Positions 20,280 to 31,707 of a stretch of 64,000 nucleotides of DNA are shown one piece after another. The first letter of the stretch is position 1. Every line of letters starts with the position of its first letter. The translations under genes and the position numbers were made by a program. The notes under the pieces were generated by a model. That model did not search any database. It saw only the letters and a program-made list of their open reading frames with translations, and was not told where the DNA came from. The stretch is from NCBI GenBank assembly GCA_947165685.1, contig CAMVBK010000004.1, forward strand, positions 35,749 to 99,748, in the 5' to 3' direction. The DNA is from an uncultured Bacteroidales bacterium. GTDB lineage: Bacteria > Bacteroidota > Bacteroidia > Bacteroidales > WCHB1-69.

Positions 20280-21527
20280 TTAGTTCAGTCGTCCTTGCTG
20301 CTTGATTTCGTTCTTGTTGGCAGAGACGAAGTCGAAGTTCAGTGTGAAGCGCAGGGTGTTGGCCAGCGGGTGGTACTGTTTGGTGGCGATCAGATAGGAG
20401 ACATCAATGCCGAAGATGCTGTATTTGATACCGGCGCCAAGGGAGAGGAACTGGCGGTTGCCTTTGTATTGGCTTTCGTGGAAATAGCCGAGGCGCACGA
20501 AGAAGAGGTTGCGGTAGCTGTATTCGGCACCGAGGGCCCACATCACCTCCTGCATCTCCTCCTTGAAACCGCCGGGGGCGTCGTAGAAGGACTGGATCAT
20601 GCCTTGGGGCACGGAAACATCGGGGTTCATACCGTAGGCGATAATCGGGTCGCCGGCGGCATTATACTCGATGCGTCCGGAGCTGTCTGTTTGGTAAACC
20701 GGGTTGGTCGGCACCAGCAGTTTGTTGATTTCACCGTTGATGGCCAGCTTGTTGTAGCTGTCGAAGTCCATTTCATAGCCGATACCTAACTTGAGGTTGG
20801 TGGGCAGGAAGTCGCGGCGCAGCGTTCCGGAAGAGTAGGACATTTTGTTGCCCATGTTGGAAATGCACAAACCGGCGCGCAACGTGCTGTTGTTCATGCC
20901 CTTCACATCGAAATCCTGTTCGTAGAAGAGGGAGAGGTCGGCAGCGCCGGCCAGACCGGCTCTGGTCTCCTCGCCGGCCACGAACTGGCCAGCCGTCAGG
21001 TTGGAATAGATGAAGCGCGGGGTAATGGCGATGGACAGCTGGTCGATCAGTTTGCGGGAGTAGGTGAAGTCGATGGCAAATTCGTTGGGATTCTGGTTGC
21101 TGATGAATTCACCGTATTCATCCATAAAGGCGATGTCGCCCAAGGAGAAATAGCGCAGGGAGGCGGCAATGGCATCCATGTCCGTGATGCGCCAATAACC
21201 CGTAAGATAGGCCAAGTTAATATCGTTTACCAAATGTTTCAGCCAGGGGCTATAGGAAATGCTGAAGCCGAATTTGTTCTCATTGAAGACATATTTGGCG
21301 GGGTTGTAGCTTTGGGAGTTGACATCGGCGGAGGTGGCGCATCCAATGTCACCCATGGCACCTGCACGGCTGTCAGGGGCGATGGAGAGGAACGGCACAG
21401 CCGTGGTAATGGCATTCAAAGTTTGCCCGAGCGGGTTGACGCCATTGCTTTGGCCACTATTCTGTGCTCGTAGTTGTGTCGTAAAAAAAAGAAGGATGAT
21501 AGAAACTAAAGCGATTGTTTTTCTCAT
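20280..21527 (-). CDS. porV: Type IX secretion system outer-membrane protein PorV
   Basis: ITTAVPFLSIAPDSRAGAMGD, NPAKY, SYSPWL, SLRYFSLG, KLLVPT, KGNRQF and PLANTLRFTL. Lies upstream of ispF. Confidence 0.92.
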   Translation of the reverse strand: MRKTIALVSIILLFFTTQLRAQNSGQSNGVNPLGQTLNAITTAVPFLSIAPDSRAGAMGDIGCATSADVNSQSYNPAKYVFNENKFGFSISYSPWLKHLVNDINLAYLTGYWRITDMDAIAASLRYFSLGDIAFMDEYGEFISNQNPNEFAIDFTYSRKLIDQLSIAITPRFIYSNLTAGQFVAGEETRAGLAGAADLSLFYEQDFDVKGMNNSTLRAGLCISNMGNKMSYSSGTLRRDFLPTNLKLGIGYEMDFDSYNKLAINGEINKLLVPTNPVYQTDSSGRIEYNAAGDPIIAYGMNPDVSVPQGMIQSFYDAPGGFKEEMQEVMWALGAEYSYRNLFFVRLGYFHESQYKGNRQFLSLGAGIKYSIFGIDVSYLIATKQYHPLANTLRFTLNFDFVSANKNEIKQQGRLN

Positions 21528-21669
21528 AAGTAGCTTATCGTTTTTGATTGTTATTAAATTCTCTAAATATCTTTTCAAAAAAAATATCAGCTTTAACGAT
21601 GATCAAAGGTTTTTATTATGTGGTATGAAAAAAAATTTTTTTCTAATTGATTTTAAACAAGTGTTTGAT

Positions 21670-22635
21670 TTACTTGATTTTACTAATTTTCTCCCATTCT
21701 TCATCAGGTAATTTGGCTCCCACATATTCAATAAGTCTTGCCGAAAGGTAGGATGCAATGTCGCCGGAGCGCTGGGCGTTGTAGCCGTTCACAAGGCCGT
21801 AGAGGAAGCCGGAGGCATAGATGTCGCCGGCGCCGGTGGTGTCGATGCGTCGCGCGTCAACGGGGGCGATGACGGTGACTTCCCCGTTCATTTTGACCAA
21901 GGAACCGTCTTTCCCGATTTTCACGATGGCAACGGGACAATATTCGGAGAGTGCGTGCAGCGCATCCGTGCCTTCCTTGCCGGTAAAGGCTTTGGCCTCT
22001 TCTTCATTGGCGAAGATGATGTCCACATAGTCGTGAAGCAGCATTTTCACGAAGTCCAGGTTGGATTCGATGAGGTTGTAGCTGGCCATGTCCATGGAAA
22101 TTTGCAGTCCATGCGCTTTCGCCGCCTTACACACCGACAGGATGAGGTCATGGTTAAAGATAAGGTATCCTTCAATATGTATTATATCGTAGTTCCCAAA
22201 CAGTTGCGTGTCGATTTGGTCGGGCTGCATGGTGGCGGCGGCACCGAGGTAGGTAGCGAAGGTGCGTTCGGCGTTCGGGGAGATGAAGGTGATGGCGACG
22301 CCGGTGTCTTCATCCGTGTTGATGAGGTGCGGAATCACGCCGAAGCGTTCGCACTCTTGGCGGAAAAGCCGTCCGAGGTCGTCGTTGCCCACTTTCCCGA
22401 TGTAGCCGGAGGCGGCACCGAGGCGTGCGAGTCCGTGCATGGTGTTGGAAGTGGATCCGCCGGTGGCCATGGCTTGGGGCATTCCGGCGATGATTTCGAG
22501 GATTTCGCGTTTGCGCTGGGCATCAATCATCTCCATGCCCCCCTTGAGCAAATCCAAACGGTTGAGAATCTCGTCGTTGTCGATGTGCACCAATATGTCA
22601 ACCAAGGCATTGCCGATTCCGAGTATCTTCTTCAT
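21670..22635 (-). CDS. PfkB-family (adenosine kinase-like) kinase
   Basis: ILGIGNALVD, GGSTSNT, FANEEEA and DTTGAGDIYASGF motifs. Confidence 0.9.
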   Translation of the reverse strand: MKKILGIGNALVDILVHIDNDEILNRLDLLKGGMEMIDAQRKREILEIIAGMPQAMATGGSTSNTMHGLARLGAASGYIGKVGNDDLGRLFRQECERFGVIPHLINTDEDTGVAITFISPNAERTFATYLGAAATMQPDQIDTQLFGNYDIIHIEGYLIFNHDLILSVCKAAKAHGLQISMDMASYNLIESNLDFVKMLLHDYVDIIFANEEEAKAFTGKEGTDALHALSEYCPVAIVKIGKDGSLVKMNGEVTVIAPVDARRIDTTGAGDIYASGFLYGLVNGYNAQRSGDIASYLSARLIEYVGAKLPDEEWEKISKIK

Positions 22636-22680
22636 ATAGTGACTTTTATCAATGTTTGTCCATTTATAAAAATAGGGCGG

Positions 22681-22724
22681 CAAAGATAGAATTTTTCCGT
22701 GAATGAAGAAATATTTTATCTTTG
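22681..22724. promoter_or_regulatory. Divergent -7 promoter boxes (pfkB / GH97)
   Basis: TATCTTTG on the minus strand at 22681-22688 and on the plus strand at 22717-22724. Confidence 0.65.
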
Positions 22725-22745
22725 CCGTTTCAAAATCTTGTTGCT

Positions 22746-24809
22746 ATGAGAAAGTTTTTTTTTCTGATGTTGTTATGCGGACTGCTGTGGAATCTTTCCG
22801 CGCAAACCACCCAGACCATCTTCTCCCCTAACCAGAAGCTGAAGCTGAAAGTGGACCTCAGTGGCGAGATTATCCGTTATTCCATCTTCTGTGAAAACGG
22901 GGAATTCTTAAAGCCGTCAAGCATCGGGATGGAACTGGATAACGGCAAGGTGCTGGGGCGTGAGCCCATCCGCTCCCTGCGCAAAGGCGGCCGCCGGAGC
23001 GTAGAACGTATGGTGGCCTCCCCGCTGTACCGCAAGGACTCCATCCACGAACAGTATAACGAACTGTATCTACAGTACAAAGCAGGCTATAGCGTCGTGT
23101 TCCGCGTGTACAACTCTGGAGTGGCCTACCGCTTCGAGACCGCATTCAAGGATTCCATCACGATTGCGCGCGAAATCGCGGAGTTCAATTTCTCCGATGG
23201 TTATCCCGAGATGAGTGCGGGCAGATTCATCGGAACAGATGCAATAATACCTTACGTGAATGCCAAACCCGTCACTGACGGCGACTTTTCTCCACAATAC
23301 AGCACATCGTTCGAAAACACTTACACTCAAATCCCGCTCAAGGAGATGGATGACGGTCGCCTCGCCTTCCTGCCATTGCTGGTGGCACAGGACTACTTCC
23401 CGGGCGATTTCGGGAAAAATTACAAGTCGCGCCTTGCCGTCATCACCGAGGCCGACCTGCACGACTACCCCGGCATGTACCTCAAGCATACGGAAGGCAA
23501 CTCGATGACCGGCTATTTCGCGCCGCTGCCGAAGAGGTGGGAACAGGGCGGGCACAACAACCTGCAGTATGTGGTGAAGGAACGCCACGACTATATCGCC
23601 AAGACCGCCGGCACGCGGACGTTCCCGTGGCGCGTCATCGCCATCACTACGGAAGACAAGGATTTGGTGGATAATGACCTCGTCTATCTGCTCTCCGAAG
23701 CCTCGAAAGTGGCTGACATCTCGTGGATTAAGCCCGGCAAGGTGGCATGGGACTGGTGGAACAACTGGAACATTTGGGGCGTGGATTTCAAGGCGGGCAT
23801 CAACAATGAAACCTACAAATACTACATTGACTTTGCCGCCGACAAGGGTATAGAATACGTGATTTTGGATGAGGGCTGGGCCGTGAACGGCGAGGCAGAC
23901 CTTTTCCAGGTGGTTCCCGAAATCGACCTGCCAATGTTGGTAAAATACGCTGAAAATAAGGGAGTTGGCATCGTGCTGTGGGCGGGTTACGCCGCCATGG
24001 ACAAGGAGATGGAGCGCGTCTGCCAACACTATTCCGACATGGGCGTGAAGGGCTTCAAGGTCGATTTCATGGACCGCGATGACCAGATTGTAGTCAATTT
24101 CTACGAGCGGATGGCTGCTATGGCCGCCAAATACCACCTCTTCATCGACTTCCACGGAGCGTACAAGCCCACGGGACTGAGCCGCACCTATCCCAACGTG
24201 CTCAACTACGAGGGCGTGTTCGGGTTGGAGCAGTGCAAATGGGCTGACAGCAAGACCGATATGGTGAAGTACGAGGTCACGATTCCCTTCATCCGGATGC
24301 TCGCCGGTCCGATGGACTTCACGCAGGGCGCGATGCGCAACGGTGCCTACTGGTGCTATTTCCCGAGCTGGAACGAACCGATGAGTCAAGGCACACGCTG
24401 CCGTCAATTGGCTGAGTACATGGTCTTTGACGCGCCTTTCGCCATGCTCTGCGACGCACCCACGGCCTACATGCAGGAACCCGAATGCACCGAGTTCATC
24501 GCCAAGGTGCCCACTGTTTGGGACGAGACCCGTGTTTTGGACGGCAAAGTCGGGGAGTTTGTGGTCACGGCCAAGCGCAAGGGCGACACCTGGTACATCG
24601 GTGCCATCACCGACTGGAACGCCCGCACCGTCGAACTCGACCTCAAAGCCTTAGGCATCACCTCCGGCACCGTGACGATGTTCGTCGATGGTCCCAACGC
24701 TCACCGCAAAGGCATTGACTACCAGAAGAAAACGGTGGCTGTTCCCGCTGACGGGAAGCTGAAAGTGGAGTTGGCTCCGGGCGGGGGCGCGGCGATAGAG
24801 ATTCGCTAA
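22746..24809 (+). CDS. GH97 glycoside hydrolase, retaining (alpha-galactosidase-like) subtype
   Basis: KPGKVAWDWWN, LDEGW, GFKVDFMDRDDQ (Asp nucleophile type), NYEGVFGLE and RMLAGPMDFT. Signal peptide present. Confidence 0.88.
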   Translation: MRKFFFLMLLCGLLWNLSAQTTQTIFSPNQKLKLKVDLSGEIIRYSIFCENGEFLKPSSIGMELDNGKVLGREPIRSLRKGGRRSVERMVASPLYRKDSIHEQYNELYLQYKAGYSVVFRVYNSGVAYRFETAFKDSITIAREIAEFNFSDGYPEMSAGRFIGTDAIIPYVNAKPVTDGDFSPQYSTSFENTYTQIPLKEMDDGRLAFLPLLVAQDYFPGDFGKNYKSRLAVITEADLHDYPGMYLKHTEGNSMTGYFAPLPKRWEQGGHNNLQYVVKERHDYIAKTAGTRTFPWRVIAITTEDKDLVDNDLVYLLSEASKVADISWIKPGKVAWDWWNNWNIWGVDFKAGINNETYKYYIDFAADKGIEYVILDEGWAVNGEADLFQVVPEIDLPMLVKYAENKGVGIVLWAGYAAMDKEMERVCQHYSDMGVKGFKVDFMDRDDQIVVNFYERMAAMAAKYHLFIDFHGAYKPTGLSRTYPNVLNYEGVFGLEQCKWADSKTDMVKYEVTIPFIRMLAGPMDFTQGAMRNGAYWCYFPSWNEPMSQGTRCRQLAEYMVFDAPFAMLCDAPTAYMQEPECTEFIAKVPTVWDETRVLDGKVGEFVVTAKRKGDTWYIGAITDWNARTVELDLKALGITSGTVTMFVDGPNAHRKGIDYQKKTVAVPADGKLKVELAPGGGAAIEIR

Positions 24810-24824
24810 ACGACCAACAAGACG

Positions 24825-25364
24825 ATGCGAAACGATGCCGATAACGAAGTGGAAGGGCATGTCCTGCTGCGCAACAAGCCGGATCCCGGCGGAGCGGTAG
24901 CGCACGGCGCGATGCTGTTCCTCATTTCCATATTTTTCATTCCCCTCACCGTTTCACTGTGGGAGGGCGACATTGTTGTTGCTATCGGCTGGGAGGACCT
25001 ATTCATTTTGGTTATGTTCCAACTGCTGCCCGGATGGCTGCTGGTTCTGCTGGTCTCCGCCCTTCACTGGGACCTATTCGGCGGCGAAACTGTTTACTAT
25101 TCGCCATCTGCCATCTACATCCAACAAAAAAGGCTGTTCCGGAGAGAACTTGTCATCCCGTGGGACTTCATGATGGAGATAAAGCCCTACTCGGAATCGC
25201 CCTTGCTGTTTGCAATCCCCACCCATAACCCGACCATCTGCGCGACATACCGGACATCATCGGGCAAAACCAAAACCATCCGTTTCGGGTTCAACCTCAA
25301 CAACAAACAGCAGACTTTTGTGGTAGAACGCATCCGCGAGCTGTTGGTGGAGAATTTTGCGTGA
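24825..25364 (+). CDS. Hypothetical membrane protein
   Basis: Two hydrophobic helices followed by a short soluble domain. Directly follows the GH97 gene. Confidence 0.6.
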   Translation: MRNDADNEVEGHVLLRNKPDPGGAVAHGAMLFLISIFFIPLTVSLWEGDIVVAIGWEDLFILVMFQLLPGWLLVLLVSALHWDLFGGETVYYSPSAIYIQQKRLFRRELVIPWDFMMEIKPYSESPLLFAIPTHNPTICATYRTSSGKTKTIRFGFNLNNKQQTFVVERIRELLVENFA

Positions 25365-25441
25365 AATCTGATTACGTATTTTTCTCGAAAAGAGTGTCCT
25401 TGGTTGTCGAGGGTTGGAGTTTGAGAGAATACAATGTTTCT

Positions 25442-27049
25442 TTACTTGGGCTCGCCGTTTGTCGTAAGCACTTCTTTCGCTTTCAAAATCACCGGATCGG
25501 TCTTGTTGATGACGGGATAGAACGCCTCGTCACCGTAAAGGTTGCGACCTATCAGGGCTTTAAGCCATGTTTTCAGCTCCTTGGATGCGTTTGCCGACAT
25601 CGCCGAAACCTTTTTCTTGTTGTTTTTCTCATAATAGCCGACGAGTTGCTGGAGCATCTGGTCGGTTATTGCCATGCTTGCGACGTACGATTTGGCATTG
25701 GTGTACTGCCTTTGAAGTGCCGACTTGTGCTCGTTGGCGTAGTGGAAAGCGAACTGGATGAGGGCTGACGAATTTGCGATATCATAGTACGCGTTCAAGT
25801 CGTCACCGCGATCGATGGGCACGAAGTAGTCGGGCATGATGCCGCCACCGCCATAAACTTTGCGGCCGGTCAACGTGTAATACACTTTGGTGCTGTCCAA
25901 ATGGATGCTGTCGGCACTCTCCATCTCGCCGTTCAGCAGGCGTTTGTAGAGATCCTCGTAGTAAGCTTCCGTGCCGTTGTTGTATTCCCGTTGGATGCAG
26001 CGTCCGCTTGGCGTATAATATCGGGAGGTTGTCAGTCGGATGGAGGACTTGTCTGAAAGATCGAACTGCCGCTGTACCAATCCTTTGCCGAAAGATCTCC
26101 GTCCCACAATGAAGCCGCGGTCATTGTCTTGCACGGCGCCGGCCACGATTTCGCTGGCGGAGGCGCTGAAGTCATCGATCAGGATGATCACCTTGCCGTC
26201 CTCGAAGTTGCCGTGCCGTGTGGCATAGATGACCTCTGGGCGAGTCTTGGAACCCGCTATGGAGACGATTTCGCGGCGGTTGGGCAGGAGTTCGTCGCAT
26301 ACGCTGACGGCCGCGTCAAGGAAGCCGCCGGTGTTGGATCGCAAGTCCACCATCAGGTCGGTCATGCCCTGGCGTTTCAGTTTCAGGATGGCGTCGCTGA
26401 ACTCCTTGGCGGTGGTGCTGCCGAATTCGTTCAGCTTGATGTAGCCGGTGCGCGTGTCCATCATGTAGGCCACGTCCACCGTATAGGTCGGGATGACTCC
26501 GCGGGTAATCTCGTAGGTGTATTTGTCCTTGAAGCCTGGGCGAAGGATTCCGACTTTCACTTTGGATCCCTTCTTTCCGCGCAACAACTTGAATGCCTGT
26601 TCGTTCTTGATGCCGATAATGGACTTGCCATCGACCTCGATCATTCTGTCGCCCGCCATGAGCCCGGCTTTTTCGGACGGGCCTCCGGAAATCACGGAGA
26701 CCACCATCAGGGTGTCGTTCATGATGTTGAATTGGATGCCGATACCTTCAAACGCTCCTTCTAAAGTCTCCATCATGGTTTTGTTGTCTTCGGCGGTGGA
26801 GTAGGTGGAATGCGGGTCGAGGCCTTGCAGCATCGCATTGATGGCCAATCCGCAGATGGAGTCCACATTCACGGAGTCCACATAGAATTGGTCGATATAA
26901 CTCATTACTTCGCTCATCTTTTGGAGCTGTGCATTGCTTTTTCGGCTCAAACGGTTGGGGTTCACGCGTAATGCAATGGAGAATCCCGCCAGAAAAGCCA
27001 CGAGAATCCACAAAAAGATGAGGCATCCGTTACGTCTGTTTTCGTTCAT
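25442..27049 (-). CDS. S41A carboxy-terminal processing protease with PDZ domain
   Basis: LDPHSTY, GIGIQF, DLRSNTGG, SASASEIVAGAVQD, SFGKGLVQ and YYTPSGRCIQ motifs. Confidence 0.93.
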   Translation of the reverse strand: MNENRRNGCLIFLWILVAFLAGFSIALRVNPNRLSRKSNAQLQKMSEVMSYIDQFYVDSVNVDSICGLAINAMLQGLDPHSTYSTAEDNKTMMETLEGAFEGIGIQFNIMNDTLMVVSVISGGPSEKAGLMAGDRMIEVDGKSIIGIKNEQAFKLLRGKKGSKVKVGILRPGFKDKYTYEITRGVIPTYTVDVAYMMDTRTGYIKLNEFGSTTAKEFSDAILKLKRQGMTDLMVDLRSNTGGFLDAAVSVCDELLPNRREIVSIAGSKTRPEVIYATRHGNFEDGKVIILIDDFSASASEIVAGAVQDNDRGFIVGRRSFGKGLVQRQFDLSDKSSIRLTTSRYYTPSGRCIQREYNNGTEAYYEDLYKRLLNGEMESADSIHLDSTKVYYTLTGRKVYGGGGIMPDYFVPIDRGDDLNAYYDIANSSALIQFAFHYANEHKSALQRQYTNAKSYVASMAITDQMLQQLVGYYEKNNKKKVSAMSANASKELKTWLKALIGRNLYGDEAFYPVINKTDPVILKAKEVLTTNGEPK

Positions 27050-27089
27050 CGTTTAAATTTATGAGGCGGCAAAAATATAAAATCCTCGC

Positions 27090-28586
27090 TTATTTTGGCA
27101 GGGTGGATGTGTCCAAATCAAATTGCATTTTTTGCAATGTCTGGAACTCCCGCGAGGAAAGCTGCACTTTGAGTTTGGCGGGCTTCCCGTCGCGCTTCAC
27201 GGCAGTCAACCCGTTGACAGACACCTTGTTGAGATATTCCACAGGTTTTTTCAGTTCACTAAGAGTTCCGGTGGGATGATACAGGTTCAAAGCGCTGACC
27301 ATGCCTGGCACCACCACGGTCATGTTCTCGACCTGTAGGTTCGGCCAGCATTTCATCCGCAGTTCGGGGCGGCTGTTGGCGGCGGTGTCGAGCAGCATGA
27401 CGTTGACTAACGAATGGTAGCGGGCTGTGATCTCAAATGTGCAGTCGCGCATGACGATGTCGAACGGGGTGTAGGCGTTGTAGCTGGAGCGGATGCGTAC
27501 GGGGATGCAGTCGATGAATCGGCAGGAGTCGAATTCCACCGTGCCGTACATGGAGGAGAACTGGGTCTGCCGTTGCCGGAGGATGCACCGTTTCAGCAGG
27601 GCATCCCGCCCGTAGCAGTGGATGTCGAAGCGGTTGATGTCACAGTCCTCCAGTGTGGTGGCCGACAGGTTGTTCGTGCCGAACACTCCCCAGTTGCCGT
27701 CGGCTGTCACCCGTTCGAACTTGGTGTTCCACAGGTTGTTGAGGGAGAAAGCGTAGCCGTAGTCGCGCCAACGGCCATAGCCCGAGTAGGTGCCCTCGAC
27801 CGTCACGTCGCGGAAAGAGACTCTCGCGCAGTCGCGCACCCCGAACACCCCGTCGGCAATCAGCTTGCTCTTTGGCGTGTGCACGTGGACATCCTCCACC
27901 AGCACGTTGTATTGTCCTGCCAACGAAAGGCAGAAGGTCTTGTATTGGGAACCCATGACGCGGTTCAACGTCAGTCCCCGGAACACCTTCTGAGTTGTGT
28001 CCACCTTCACGAAGGTGGCATGCAAACGGGTGCTGTCGGTGTTCCACGGCGCGATGGGACGGTTCATCCCTTTCCCGTCGTGAATCCAAATGATGTCTTG
28101 ACGATAGACACGATAGCCGTATCCTTCCCGCTCAGTCCACGGGTTTTGGTCCGTCAGGATGAGCAGGCAGTCGCCGTCTGCCAGTGCCGGTACCGTGCGG
28201 AAATCGCCGCCATCGACCATTGCCTTGGGGATGTCCACCGCTGCGACGGCATTTTGCAAGGCGAACAGCGGGCCGTCATGACCGTTGTTCGTGACATGGA
28301 TGACCAGTCCGCCGAAATCGGTTCGCGGGCCCAGCGGGATGCTCTGGAAATCGGAAGGCAGATCCATCTCAATCGTGTCGATGCCTTCGTAAGACACTTC
28401 CGCATTGTGCGCGCGCGCCGCCACATGGGTGTTGTAGATTGCCCAATAGCGCTCAACGCCGTCGGTCGCCTCGCGCAGCCCGAAGTCAAATGGTGAAATC
28501 TGCGCCATGACTGTCCGAAATGAGAGAAAAAGGATGACAACGATCATCGTCACCCGGAATATGCAAGTCTTGTAACTGAACATCAT
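27090..28586 (-). CDS. Exported hypothetical protein, probable right-handed beta-helix (pectin-lyase-like fold)
   Basis: Signal peptide ending VMA-Q and repeated beta-helix-like turns (NVLVEDV, RVSFRDV, TLEDCDI, EFDSCRF, VMRDCTF). Confidence 0.6.
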   Translation of the reverse strand: MMFSYKTCIFRVTMIVVILFLSFRTVMAQISPFDFGLREATDGVERYWAIYNTHVAARAHNAEVSYEGIDTIEMDLPSDFQSIPLGPRTDFGGLVIHVTNNGHDGPLFALQNAVAAVDIPKAMVDGGDFRTVPALADGDCLLILTDQNPWTEREGYGYRVYRQDIIWIHDGKGMNRPIAPWNTDSTRLHATFVKVDTTQKVFRGLTLNRVMGSQYKTFCLSLAGQYNVLVEDVHVHTPKSKLIADGVFGVRDCARVSFRDVTVEGTYSGYGRWRDYGYAFSLNNLWNTKFERVTADGNWGVFGTNNLSATTLEDCDINRFDIHCYGRDALLKRCILRQRQTQFSSMYGTVEFDSCRFIDCIPVRIRSSYNAYTPFDIVMRDCTFEITARYHSLVNVMLLDTAANSRPELRMKCWPNLQVENMTVVVPGMVSALNLYHPTGTLSELKKPVEYLNKVSVNGLTAVKRDGKPAKLKVQLSSREFQTLQKMQFDLDTSTLPK

Positions 28587-28599
28587 ACAATAGTCCTAA

Positions 28600-31071
<2,472 letters not shown>

Positions 31072-31133
31072 TTTTTCCAAGGTCAAAGGTCGATAAGTAT
31101 CTTGGCTGTAATTTTTTATTCGAAAAAACGATT

Positions 31134-31640
31134 ATGAAAGAAATCTATTTGGCTGGCGGATGCTTTTGGGGCACCGAGCACTATTTCAAGCAGATGGACG
31201 GGGTACTCTCCACCGAGACGGGCTTCGCCAACGGCAACACCGACAATCCGACCTACGAGGAGGTCTATACCGACACCACCGGTTTCGCAGAGACCGTCAA
31301 AGTGGTCTATGACGAGCGGCGCATCTCGCTGCGGTTCCTCATCGACATGTTTTTCCATGCCATCGACCCCACGATACTCAACCGGCAGGGACACGACATT
31401 GGCACGCGCTACCGCACCGGGGTCTATTACGTGGACGAAGCGGACCGAGCGGTCATCGAAGCCGTGTTCCGGGAGAAGCAGGCGGACTACGCAGAACCCA
31501 TCGTGACGGAGTTGGAGCCATTGCGCAACTACTTCCCCGCCTCGGAGTACCACCAAGACTACCTCGACAAGCATCCCGACGGCTATTGCCACTTGCCGGT
31601 GGAACTGTTCCGTTTTGCCAAGGAAGCGTCGCGAAAATAG
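31134..31640 (+). CDS. msrA: Peptide methionine-(S)-sulfoxide reductase
   Basis: IYLAGGCFWG, DPTILNRQGHDIGTRYRTG and EYHQDYLDKHPDGYCH. The likely start is ATG 31134. Confidence 0.95.
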   Translation: MKEIYLAGGCFWGTEHYFKQMDGVLSTETGFANGNTDNPTYEEVYTDTTGFAETVKVVYDERRISLRFLIDMFFHAIDPTILNRQGHDIGTRYRTGVYYVDEADRAVIEAVFREKQADYAEPIVTELEPLRNYFPASEYHQDYLDKHPDGYCHLPVELFRFAKEASRK

Positions 31641-31707
31641 GGGCCCTTTTTTCGCTGGATTGAGAAAGTTGTTTGAAAAAATAGAATTCTAATATAAAAT
31701 ACTTGTA

